Source: a virus. Taken from it: 64,000 bases of DNA. Every line of letters starts with the position of its first letter. Position 1 is the stretch's first letter. Under the pieces are notes generated by a model. That model was not told where the DNA came from, searched no databases, and was given only the letters and a program-made list of their open reading frames with translations. This document shows, piece after piece, positions 56,166 to 64,000 of this stretch. A program made the translations under genes and the position numbers. Location: IMG/VR virus record IMGVR_UViG_3300009514_000005, positions 70,620-134,619 of that record; one strand, written 5' to 3'.

Positions 56166-56462
56166 ATGATCAGCAAAATCACAATTGTCAACAGAGATGA
56201 AATAGAGCAACCGCTACAGGATATTGGTGTTGGGGTTTTCATACCTGAAAACGAAAGCATGGAGCTATACCCAACCTATCCACTAAGATCCATCTTCCAG
56301 TCCAACGCTCTGCTAAAATTAATCAAAGAAAACAAGGTTTATGCCGAATTGGTTTTCAAAAATTCAAGGATTGATGTGATATCAGATGAAGACATTTTTA
56401 TGAGAGAACTTCTCAAAGTTGTTCTAAGTACTGATTTTGTTTCAATTCAAGCATTTACTTAG
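56166..56462 (+). CDS. Hypothetical protein, paralog of the 55461..56006 N-terminal domain
   Basis: IFQSNALLKLIKENKV...ISDEDIF versus IFKSTIIMELIELNKI...IRDEDVF. Confidence 0.6.
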   Translation: MISKITIVNRDEIEQPLQDIGVGVFIPENESMELYPTYPLRSIFQSNALLKLIKENKVYAELVFKNSRIDVISDEDIFMRELLKVVLSTDFVSIQAFT

Positions 56463-56471
56463 GAGGAAACT

Positions 56472-56828
56472 GTGACAGACGGGAAAGCACTTGTATTAAG
56501 CGAAAGCTCAAAAGGCGAAGGAATTCCCGTGGTCTCTGAAAGCGTTGGGGCCCCAACTTTAATCCACCAAGCCGCCGTAGGAGAATCCAATACAGTTGAA
56601 GAAGTTTGGCTTTACGCTGTGAATATTTCTGCTGCCATAGCTAAACTAACAGTTCTTATCGATGGAGTGATCGACGATGTGAGAGATCTCACTCCGGATA
56701 CTGGGAAAGCCTTTATCCTTCCAGGACAACGCATTAAAAATGGAGCTAAAGTTGAAGCCCATGTCGAAATAGGACAAGCAAGTTCAATCAATATTAACGG
56801 GTGGATCAATAAGCTTCAAAATTTATAG
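56472..56828 (+). CDS. Hypothetical beta-rich protein
   Basis: AGGAGG before GTG; PTLIHQA..EEVWLYAVN. Confidence 0.6.
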   Translation: MTDGKALVLSESSKGEGIPVVSESVGAPTLIHQAAVGESNTVEEVWLYAVNISAAIAKLTVLIDGVIDDVRDLTPDTGKAFILPGQRIKNGAKVEAHVEIGQASSININGWINKLQNL

Positions 56829-56836
56829 GAGACTCC

Positions 56837-57697
56837 ATGTCAACAATTCTTCACTACCGAATGTATTGTCAGCACGAAACCGCCTGGAAAGATGTTTGGC
56901 TCCCAGACACTTCTCCGGCTCCAACAAAATGCCCAGTAGAAACAGGTCACAGTGTTGACCCTGAATCAATTTCAGTTACAGAGTCCATTACTCAAAACGA
57001 TCCAAAAACCCCAGACAACAGGACCATCGTTGCCGTTAACACAGCACCCCCAGGATATTCGCTTTATTTCACAAGCAAGGGCGATGATATAGCCCAAGGT
57101 AAAACCAAGCTCGGGCCAAGACTCCTTTTAGATAGTGAAAATCCAGCAAAAAGCTTTCAGCTTTTAGAGCATTTTTACATCATTGGCGGAAGAGCCAAGT
57201 GGGAAGGAGCCAAGCTGGATGACTCTATCACTGCTGTCCTTATGGCCCCCAAAACCGAAGATCATTCTCTAGGTGGAGACGAAGACTATCTACTAGCAAA
57301 CACCGGATTAGGTGGAAACATTTTAATTCCAACTCCAGCCGGAACCGGAACTCATGGTATTGACTTGGCAGCCAAGAAACCAAACACAAATATCTTGAAA
57401 GCCGTCCCGGTTCCAGCCCCCAATGCTGACGGATGGTTTGATTACGATTCCGAATCTAATGAGCTTTCAAAAAATATGGATCAAAAAGGTCTCTACAATT
57501 TATTTGATTTTGACATCCCTCTATTCACCTATGTCAATGAGCTATGGGGCAGCGATAATTCTAAGGATGAATTCGAACTTGCAAACATTGTTGGAAAACT
57601 TATGCTCAATTGCTGGAGGTTTGACGTAATCATTACCCCACAAACTCAAGGTGCCAGGTGTGGAATATCTATGACAGTGGCCGTCAAAAGCAATTAA
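56837..57697 (+). CDS. Hypothetical virion-type protein
   Basis: SD AGGAG; HYRMYCQHE..W...PTKCP..GH N-terminal module. Confidence 0.6.
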   Translation: MSTILHYRMYCQHETAWKDVWLPDTSPAPTKCPVETGHSVDPESISVTESITQNDPKTPDNRTIVAVNTAPPGYSLYFTSKGDDIAQGKTKLGPRLLLDSENPAKSFQLLEHFYIIGGRAKWEGAKLDDSITAVLMAPKTEDHSLGGDEDYLLANTGLGGNILIPTPAGTGTHGIDLAAKKPNTNILKAVPVPAPNADGWFDYDSESNELSKNMDQKGLYNLFDFDIPLFTYVNELWGSDNSKDEFELANIVGKLMLNCWRFDVIITPQTQGARCGISMTVAVKSN

Positions 57698-58233
57698 TGA
57701 CTAAGCGAATAATAACCGCTCAAGACATTATAGACATTTCTCCCCACGAACCCCTTTGTACTGACCCCCTGAAATTCTGCCCTGATGGCGTAGGAACTTT
57801 ATTAGATATTCTGGAGCCAAATGATCTCTTGGCCTATGATCGCCTCTGGGTGGCACTCAGAGAACGCTTCATGCCCCCAGGACTACTAAGATCCTTTGGA
57901 ATAGAAACCACCAAGAAAATCCTTCAGGCCGAAAAAAATAACCTGATTGGATTCCAGACTTGTTGCTTTGCCCAAAAAATCTTATCCAACAAATTTACCA
58001 AAGAAGAAGTAAAAAAGTATATCGACTCCAATCGATTGGAGCTTAGAAAAACAGATGGACGTAAAGCGTCAATATGGTGCCTTAATATTGACCAAGAATA
58101 TTTTGGAAAAGATCATCACGGAATCACTGGATGTGCAGCAATGGCTTCCGTTTTCTATGCCAGAGAGGCTAAGCTAGATATAGAGATGATATTGGAAGAC
58201 CTAAAGGAGGCCATTAAAATTTGGCAACTATAA
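57697..58233 (+). CDS. Hypothetical protein
   Basis: TAATG-coupled start at 57697; ITAQDII..PLC.DP..GTLLDIL..DRLWVALR. Confidence 0.55.
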   Translation: MTKRIITAQDIIDISPHEPLCTDPLKFCPDGVGTLLDILEPNDLLAYDRLWVALRERFMPPGLLRSFGIETTKKILQAEKNNLIGFQTCCFAQKILSNKFTKEEVKKYIDSNRLELRKTDGRKASIWCLNIDQEYFGKDHHGITGCAAMASVFYAREAKLDIEMILEDLKEAIKIWQL

Positions 58234-59309
58234 AAACCGTAGGACCAGGAAAGGATTTCGAAACACTCTCTGATTGGGAACTATTTGCTCGTACACAAAA
58301 CAACGGACAAATTGCTGAATGCTATAGCGGAGCAAATCTAGGCCAGTTTAATCCAGCCAGTTGGTCTTTCCCTGGAGCCTGGTATGATCCACACATTATT
58401 AGAGTAGCCCACGGCCATAAGCATAAAGGGAAAATACCAACCAATATTAATAATGTTGCCCACATAAAAGTAAGCGGTACAGCGATAGCGATGAAAACAT
58501 CAAATCAAAATTTCTTTGTCATTGATGGACTCTACATTGAACATGAATACGGACAAGCCTTTGTGAAAGGCTTATCTGGATTATGGAATCATTTCCAAAA
58601 TAATTTCACAAATCATCTGACAGGTACGGGAAGCGTTTCATCCATACAATACCGAACCAACATTAATGGATTCGCTGGGTTCATAAGAAATAACATCATC
58701 CTTATATCAGGAGGATCTACAGCTAGAGTTATTTGGGGCAGAGCGCTGAATGGAAAATCAGTAGATATGGCCATTCAAAACAATTGCCTTTACTGTTCAC
58801 CATCGGCATCTGCAACATGGGGAATCATTTTAAGAAGAGACGGGGGAGGAGGGAAAGGCGACGGAGGAGTCCCTGCTGATCTTGATGTCACGGCCCATAA
58901 TAATATTGCTTTTAATTGTCACGTTGGAAGCGGAATGGATATATCTTATGCAGGGGGAGGAGCATTGTTTGCCGACTCTAACGCCACCTCTGATCTAAGT
59001 ATAGCCAGCACAGTAAATCCATTAACCAACCAGGATTCAAACGATTGGCTTGTTGATCCTGGAGTAAATTTTAATCAACTTAAAACATCACCAGGGATTG
59101 ATTCAGGTAGAAATCTTTCAACTGCCTTGTGGGGCCCTTTTAATTTTGATGCCCTTGGGGCTTCTCGACCAAAAGGAAAAGCTTGGGATCGCGGACCAAT
59201 AGAACGATTTAAAGATGATAAGTTTCCAGCCATTGCTTCCCCAGGAAGGTCAAGGGAAAGAAGAAGACAAATACCTACTTATCTTAAAAATTTATCCTAT
59301 CTTGAATAG
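58221..59309 (+). CDS. Beta-helix protein with a choice-of-anchor-Q-like C-terminus
   Basis: TIKTVGPGKDFETLSDWE; Asn-ladder repeats (FIRNNII, IQNNCLY, AHNNIAF); DALGASRPKGKAWDRGPIE. Confidence 0.7.
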   Translation: MATIKTVGPGKDFETLSDWELFARTQNNGQIAECYSGANLGQFNPASWSFPGAWYDPHIIRVAHGHKHKGKIPTNINNVAHIKVSGTAIAMKTSNQNFFVIDGLYIEHEYGQAFVKGLSGLWNHFQNNFTNHLTGTGSVSSIQYRTNINGFAGFIRNNIILISGGSTARVIWGRALNGKSVDMAIQNNCLYCSPSASATWGIILRRDGGGGKGDGGVPADLDVTAHNNIAFNCHVGSGMDISYAGGGALFADSNATSDLSIASTVNPLTNQDSNDWLVDPGVNFNQLKTSPGIDSGRNLSTALWGPFNFDALGASRPKGKAWDRGPIERFKDDKFPAIASPGRSRERRRQIPTYLKNLSYLE

Positions 59310-59510
59310 CTTTATTTATTTGCCCCAGGTGGCCGAGCAAGCTTGCTAATCAATCTTTGCTCAGCCTTACTGCTTTCTCTAGCCAAAACTTTCGCCCGGT
59401 TACTCCCATCAAGACTTTTAATTTGCTTATCCAAAGCCTTGACTTGCTTTCTCCGGGACTTATCCTGAGGAGATCCTTTTGGGTATTCCGCAATAACTAA
59501 AGATTTCCTA

Positions 59511-59738
59511 TTAGCTATTAATTGCTTGAGCTTGCTCACCGACCTCTTTCCTGGCAATGATTGTATAGGTATTGATAGAAACCTTTTGTCCAACAGCGAC
59601 CAAAGGATCCTTTCCAGTGCTTCTTCCTGTATGAACCACGCTTTCGATATTAAACCCATCGTTAGCTAAACCCGCCATTACCATGGCCAACTCAGAACCT
59701 TTTTTGTTTTCAAAAACTTTATATCCATATTTTTTCAT
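59511..59738 (-). CDS. Hypothetical protein (75 aa)
   Basis: GGAG before ATG 59738; MKKYGYKVFENK...TYTIIARKE. Confidence 0.5.
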   Translation of the reverse strand: MKKYGYKVFENKKGSELAMVMAGLANDGFNIESVVHTGRSTGKDPLVAVGQKVSINTYTIIARKEVGEQAQAINS

Positions 59739-59763
59739 CTCATCTCCCTCAGTAATTAACTTG

Positions 59764-60021
59764 TTACTTATACCACCCAGGATGCGTAGACACAGCCGCA
59801 TTGGCAGTCATCATTGCCTCCCGAATCTTTCTAATAGCTGCACTCTGGTCAGCACATCTTGGACTACAGTTAGAAATCACAACAGCTAGCTGAAAGGCTG
59901 ATTCCCTAATAGCCGCCATGCATTCTAATTGTAATTGATTGGCATTATGATACGAGAACTCATCTTTAAGATTATTCCAATCATTTGTTTCCATTGTAAC
60001 TTTTCTAGGATTTAAATCCAT
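59764..60021 (-). CDS. Acb2/Tad1-like helical-hairpin protein (candidate immune-signal sponge)
   Basis: FSYH...MAAIRESAFQLAVVISNCSPRCADQSAAIRKIREAMMTANAAV matches the pattern I recognise for this family. Confidence 0.65.
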   Translation of the reverse strand: MDLNPRKVTMETNDWNNLKDEFSYHNANQLQLECMAAIRESAFQLAVVISNCSPRCADQSAAIRKIREAMMTANAAVSTHPGWYK

Positions 60022-60030
60022 CTCAACACC

Positions 60031-60237
60031 TCACCATATAGTGCTTCGTTTAGACACAACCTTTTGGCAGTCTTCTTTCTGAACCAATCGAACCACAGCA
60101 CCATCAAAAATTTCAAGCTCAAGCTTGGTTTGCTTTTCAGACTTAACCTTCCCGTAAATCTTATCGGTATAGTTTCTATTTCTCATACCTCTTCGAAACC
60201 AAAGAACTCTGTCTCCAATTTTTACATCATCACTCAT
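60031..60237 (-). CDS. Hypothetical protein (SH3-like)
   Basis: VKIGDRVLW...GKVKS; SD GAGG. Confidence 0.5.
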   Translation of the reverse strand: MSDDVKIGDRVLWFRRGMRNRNYTDKIYGKVKSEKQTKLELEIFDGAVVRLVQKEDCQKVVSKRSTIW

Positions 60238-60677
60238 GCTTTTTTCCTACCTCTTTTGTCTAGCTTTGGAACAAAAAATCCATTGTCTTTTTTCCATTGC
60301 AATACCATTTCCTGATGAAGCTTTTCAAAATAAGGGAAAACTTCACACATCGGTAAAGGTCCCTCCTTGTCTGGCCCTGAATACCCAAGCCAAATATCTG
60401 GCTTATTGCTTAACCATAAACAGTTGCTTTCGAAATAAAGCCCAAGGGTAACACCAAAGGTAGTTGCTATCCTATGGATTAAAAACCTATCCTTATGAAT
60501 ATCGCAATCGCCGTTCCATGCAAGACAATGATTCTCGTTGGGTTTGTCTGATTCAATAAATAATTTAGCGTTACAAATAGCCATTGGAGGAGCCAATTCT
60601 TTAGAAAAATAATACGATCCAGACCCAAGGGCCATGTAAAGCATTTCTTTTAAAGTAAAGCTCTTTTCAACAATCAT
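60234..60677 (-). CDS. Hypothetical protein
   Basis: 147-aa coupled ORF. Confidence 0.55.
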   Translation of the reverse strand: MIVEKSFTLKEMLYMALGSGSYYFSKELAPPMAICNAKLFIESDKPNENHCLAWNGDCDIHKDRFLIHRIATTFGVTLGLYFESNCLWLSNKPDIWLGYSGPDKEGPLPMCEVFPYFEKLHQEMVLQWKKDNGFFVPKLDKRGRKKA

Positions 60678-60946
60678 GAACGTCTTCTTAGGGGAGTTGG
60701 CGGCTGATCAGGATTTCTTGGTATCTCTACTTCCATGTTTGCAAACTGACGAGCAAGTGTTTCTTGGTCCATAATACTTGGGCCAGTCTCCCCAGTCTCT
60801 TCATCATACATGCTATCGTATTCGCCTCTCGGTCCTTGGCTGTTTGAAAACCACATTCTTTTTAAATGATTATATCTCCTCATAAAAGCTGCGGCTTTAT
60901 CTGTATCTCTCATAGAATTCCTCCAACGAATTTTCAATAAGCCCAA
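60674..60946 (-). CDS. Hypothetical protein
   Basis: Coupled ORF; the start may be the internal ATG (MRDTDK). Confidence 0.5.
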   Translation of the reverse strand: MGLLKIRWRNSMRDTDKAAAFMRRYNHLKRMWFSNSQGPRGEYDSMYDEETGETGPSIMDQETLARQFANMEVEIPRNPDQPPTPLRRRS

Positions 60947-61060
60947 TTATTTACGATCTGTCAACAAACTCGATATGTGATTTGTATATCCTAGCAGAGT
61001 AACAAACAAAAGTGTACTCGCCTTTTAGATTTTTTTTCCTTCTTTTGGTACAATGATTCT

Positions 61061-61408
61061 ATGCAGAATAATATGCTCAGTCTCTATGATCCCTTTGAGC
61101 GTGTTGCCACCTTGCAAGAAGAAACGCTTGGACTTGTACGGATCTCAGATGAAATTGTTTCAATAAAAAGATTAGTGGAGTGTCATGAAATTCTCGAGAT
61201 GATTCTACTCATCAATAAAAAATTTAATATCCCTGCCGGTAGTATCCTGGAAACCGATGTCGATGCGTTAGAAAGTCTTAGAATGAATGCTGGCCAGGTT
61301 TATTTATACGGCGACCCATCAAGAGAATTCACTGAGCCGTGGAAAAGGAAGATTAAAACGTTGTGTCGATTCTACAAAATAGCCGTCAAGAACCACAAGG
61401 TAATTTAA
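61061..61408 (+). CDS. Hypothetical protein
   Basis: 115-aa ORF preceded by an extended -10-like TGGTACAAT. Confidence 0.5.
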   Translation: MQNNMLSLYDPFERVATLQEETLGLVRISDEIVSIKRLVECHEILEMILLINKKFNIPAGSILETDVDALESLRMNAGQVYLYGDPSREFTEPWKRKIKTLCRFYKIAVKNHKVI

Positions 61409-61443
61409 TAAAGACTCCAATCAATTGGATACCAAGATTAAAA

Positions 61444-61846
61444 TGGTGGAAGCGGCGGTATTGAAACCGCGTCCTGAATTTATTCCAAAAAGAGCAGCTA
61501 CAAGTTTAGTCTCATTTTAAAGTCTTTGACTTGACCGGGGATGTTCTGAATTAACCGAACACCTTACTCCACCACCTAACCGTTTAGCCAGAGTCAGAAA
61601 AAAGCTGGTGGACTCTATTAAGGGTTCATCCAAATCCCTTTTGCCGATCTTGGTTAATAAGGTTATCGGCTACCCCACCTCCTGCGGCCTAAGCTGCGAG
61701 AGGAACTTCAACTTGCTTTCGCTTGCCGAAGTCTACGTGAATGACATTGTCATTTCGTTTTTTGATCGGCTTTTTAGTGGGAACTTGCCCATCAGCCCAC
61801 ACTTGCTCTCTTTTCTTCTTAAACCAGTCGAAACCATTACATCCCC
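61444..61846 (-). ncRNA. ssrA: tmRNA (403 nt), tag ...RNDNVIHVDFGKRKQVEVPLAA*
   Basis: 5' GGGGATGTAATGGTTTCGAC; 3' GGACGCGGTTTCAATACCGCCGCTTCCACCA with encoded CCA; internal tag frame 61757..61689 ending LAA-stop. Confidence 0.9.
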
Positions 61847-61851
61847 ATAAC

Positions 61852-62010
61852 TTATTCTTCAATCGGTATCATCGCATCAATAAACAAAGTTAATAAAGCT
61901 GCGTTATCCCTCATGTCATCAGAGTCCATTTTTTTCATGTCGTAAAGCCTATCCTTCACTTTTTTGATTAAATGCAATTCCTCTGGCTCGATTATATAAT
62001 GAGATATCAT
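61852..62010 (-). CDS. Hypothetical protein (52 aa)
   Basis: Not in the track. AAGGA then ATG; MISHYIIEPEELHLIKKVKDRLYDMKKMDSDDMRDNAALL... Confidence 0.5.
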   Translation of the reverse strand: MISHYIIEPEELHLIKKVKDRLYDMKKMDSDDMRDNAALLTLFIDAMIPIEE

Positions 62011-62323
62011 TCTTTAGTCCTTCGTAAAAAGAGTCGAAACTACCACGCCACCACAATAGTTTAATACCTATCCAGGTAGCATTACAATACCTGGACAAAT
62101 AGTAAATCTATATCTGGGGAAATATTCTTGCATTGTATTTTGAGATAATCTTCTGTGAAGAGATTATTGGGAAATACTGTGAACATCAAAAGTGATAGCA
62201 AATTTTTTCAACTGGTAGCGCCAAAGGGTCTTCCAACAGCTATAAGGGGAAGTATCCCATGAATAATATTCAGGGTGTTCGATCCAGAATAACGTGATGC
62301 AATACTCAAGAAAGAAGAAAGAT

Positions 62324-62656
62324 TTACTCAAGCGGGTCTACCTTTGGAGCCAAAAAATCACGGAACTCATGCCAAAAATCTCGCTGCTCTTCTGTTAATT
62401 GTGAGGGCTGAAAGGTTCCTAAAATATCTTTTGCCTTGCCTGACATCTCATGAAGTTTCTCATGCTCACTTTTTAAAACGTACTTATCTTTGACGACCTT
62501 GCGCACAATAGAAACCCAGCCAGATTTTATTTCTCCCTGGATATAATCATCACAACTATCCCATATTTTCTGGTAAGCCATTCGACCATTCATGTCCTTC
62601 AGGAGTTCATCAACTATTTTGGTGGCTATCGAAGCCGCTACGAAATCTATTCCCAT
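62324..62656 (-). CDS. Hypothetical protein
   Basis: 110-aa ORF; YQKIWDSCDDYIQGEIKSGW. Confidence 0.55.
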   Translation of the reverse strand: MGIDFVAASIATKIVDELLKDMNGRMAYQKIWDSCDDYIQGEIKSGWVSIVRKVVKDKYVLKSEHEKLHEMSGKAKDILGTFQPSQLTEEQRDFWHEFRDFLAPKVDPLE

Positions 62657-62765
62657 GCTGTTGGTTCATAAGACAAACTGTAAAGAAACGCAAGGGCAAT
62701 ATAATTTAAAACTGTCACTTTAAACTCACACCTGGAAGTTAAAACTGTATGGTTTGATTTACAGA

Positions 62766-62829
62766 AATTATATTAGATCGCATATAATCCAATGATTTCA
62801 GAGGGTTTTACAGTAGATCTAATATAATT
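62766..62829. repeat. Perfect 14-bp inverted repeat in an AT-rich intergenic region
   Basis: AATTATATTAGATC (62766-62779) and GATCTAATATAATT (62816-62829), 36-nt spacer. Confidence 0.8.
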
Positions 62830-62848
62830 CTTGGTGGGAATTTTTGGC

Positions 62849-62877
62849 AAAAAAAAGAGCGGGTTTAACGCCGCTCT
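62849..62877 (-). terminator. Rho-independent terminator
   Basis: AGAGCGG / CCGCTCT stem followed by a T8 run on the minus strand. Confidence 0.75.
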
Positions 62878-63268
62878 CTTTACCTCAAGGCTTGACAGTA
62901 CTTGCACTCTGCCAGGATCTCAATGCCCCCTCTTTAACCTCATTTCTACGGTCGCAATATCTCCTAGGGGACTAGGGGCTAGATTCCTAAATGGCATCAG
63001 ACTAGCTAAGTTTTTATCCGGGACGATCTATTCCCTTAAGCCACTAACTCTATGAATGAGAATCTATTGTGAGTTCTTAGGGCTGTCAAAGTTTTTTTCT
63101 AAATTTTCTATAAATTCGCAACTTGTTCTTAGCGCACTATTCCATCCATAAATTTCACCAGCCTCTTCATCCTCTTGGATGTAATCCATCAAGGTATATT
63201 TAATGTGGTTCAAAAGGAGGAGATAATTTTTATTAGAACTTAATTCATTTAACCTTTCAGGGCTTAGG

Positions 63269-63493
63269 TTAAGAGTTTTCTCTCCCCATGAAATCTTCTT
63301 CTGAGATTTTTCTCCATCCATCAGTGGCCTCCATATTTGCCGCGAAGGGCTCCATTCTATGGGTTCCATCAGCACAATGGCGTTCTCCCATAAAGACTGG
63401 ACCCCAATTATAAGTCTTGGCAGCGAAGCCAAGGATGTACATTTTATCCCCACACTCATGCTGATAGTGATCACCTATTTCAAATCGTTCCAT
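63269..63493 (-). CDS. Hypothetical protein
   Basis: FEIGDHYQHECG..MYILG, a small beta-barrel-like pattern. Confidence 0.5.
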   Translation of the reverse strand: MERFEIGDHYQHECGDKMYILGFAAKTYNWGPVFMGERHCADGTHRMEPFAANMEATDGWRKISEEDFMGRENS

Positions 63494-63646
63494 AAGAACC
63501 CCTAGCCATTGTAAACATAATAAGCCGTAACCCCAATCCAGTAAGCGGTTGGATTAAATCCATATCTTACAAGAAGAAAATTTACAAATGCATGACAAGA
63601 AACAAAAAATACAGTCCTCAATATTCTTTCCATTTATTATCTCCAT

Positions 63647-63862
63647 CTATCCATCATGAGAGATCCCTTTAAACTTTACCTTAAAGTCTTCCATTTCCCT
63701 GACATACATTTGAAATTTTCCTTCGGCTGGGCAATACACTACAGCGTCCACCCATTCCCTGCTAGACGGATCCTTCATCTTAACAACCTGTAAAATCTGA
63801 TATTTGTTTTCTTTGTACTCGTGGTATTTAAAGCCACCAAACCTAGCCCTTATTGTTTCCAT
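63647..63862 (-). CDS. DUF1653-like protein
   Basis: KYHEYKENKYQIL...AVVY......MYVREMEDF..KF. Confidence 0.7.
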   Translation of the reverse strand: METIRARFGGFKYHEYKENKYQILQVVKMKDPSSREWVDAVVYCPAEGKFQMYVREMEDFKVKFKGISHDG

Positions 63863-63999
63863 CTACCCGTACCTTTAAATCGAGGATCAAGATTCCCATC
63901 GGCATCAAGGTCCTCTTCTTTATGGATATCCATATCCTTGGGAGCATGGATACCAATACGAACTTGCTTACCCTTTATGGAGGCAACAACTATGGTGAT
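63850..63999 (-). CDS. csrA: Carbon storage regulator CsrA homolog (5'-truncated by the window)
   Basis: Not in the track. Hand translation ITIVVASIKGKQVRIGIHAPKDMDIHKEE... matches the CsrA VRIGIxAP..IHREE core. Confidence 0.85.
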   Translation of the reverse strand: MTIVVASIKGKQVRIGIHAPKDMDIHKEEDLDADGNLDPRFKGTGRWKQ

Positions 64000-64000
64000 C

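Noticed and set aside
56010-59320. Invertible DNA segment explaining the plus-strand block
   Set aside because: I found no flanking inverted repeats and no recombinase in the window.
59312-59659. 115-aa minus-strand ORF
   Set aside because: It overlaps the better-supported 59511..59738 ORF by ~150 nt and lacks a clear SD; the distal part may still code for something.
61444-61475. Isolated tRNA gene
   Set aside because: The T-arm and CCA belong to the tmRNA; no anticodon arm is adjacent. I saw no separate tRNA genes.
61608-61850. 80-aa plus-strand ORF
   Set aside because: It is antisense to the tmRNA.
62849-63050. CsrB-like sRNA (several GGA motifs before a terminator, near csrA)
   Set aside because: Only about four GGA motifs, and they are not clearly in hairpin loops; too weak to claim.
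1-64000. Stop-codon reassignment as seen in some large phages
   Set aside because: Long conserved genes are intact under the standard code and end in TAA, TAG or TGA.

Overview
The window is a contiguous piece of a large contractile-tailed dsDNA phage (myovirus) genome, roughly 40% GC by eye and using the standard genetic code. No host chromosomal genes are evident. About 1-47.5 kb is a minus-strand morphogenesis block, read right to left: FtsZ/tubulin-like GTPase, TerL with an HNH-carrying intein, T4 gp20-like portal, a series of large acidic head-associated proteins, T4 gp21-like prohead protease fused to a scaffold, T4 gp23-like major capsid protein, neck proteins, an inserted rmlD-rmlC-rmlA (dTDP-rhamnose) cassette, tail terminator, sheath, two gp19-family tubes, chaperone with a -1 frameshift site, tape measure, hub, spike and baseplate. 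About 47.6-64 kb holds an SF2 helicase, an orphan amino-methyltransferase, a dNMP kinase, two divergent clusters of fibre/beta-helix-like genes, an Acb2/Tad1-like protein, a tmRNA and a csrA homolog. Two system-level hypotheses stand out. (1) The acidic head-region ORFs look like modular polyproteins, cut by the prohead protease at hydrophobic-x-E sites and carrying swappable cargo domains, two of which are visibly shared between ORFs. (2) A V-S-G tripeptide is strongly enriched in outer virion proteins and, with the rml cassette inside the structural block, suggests virion glycosylation. Product calls come from recognised motifs and gene order only; no database search was run.
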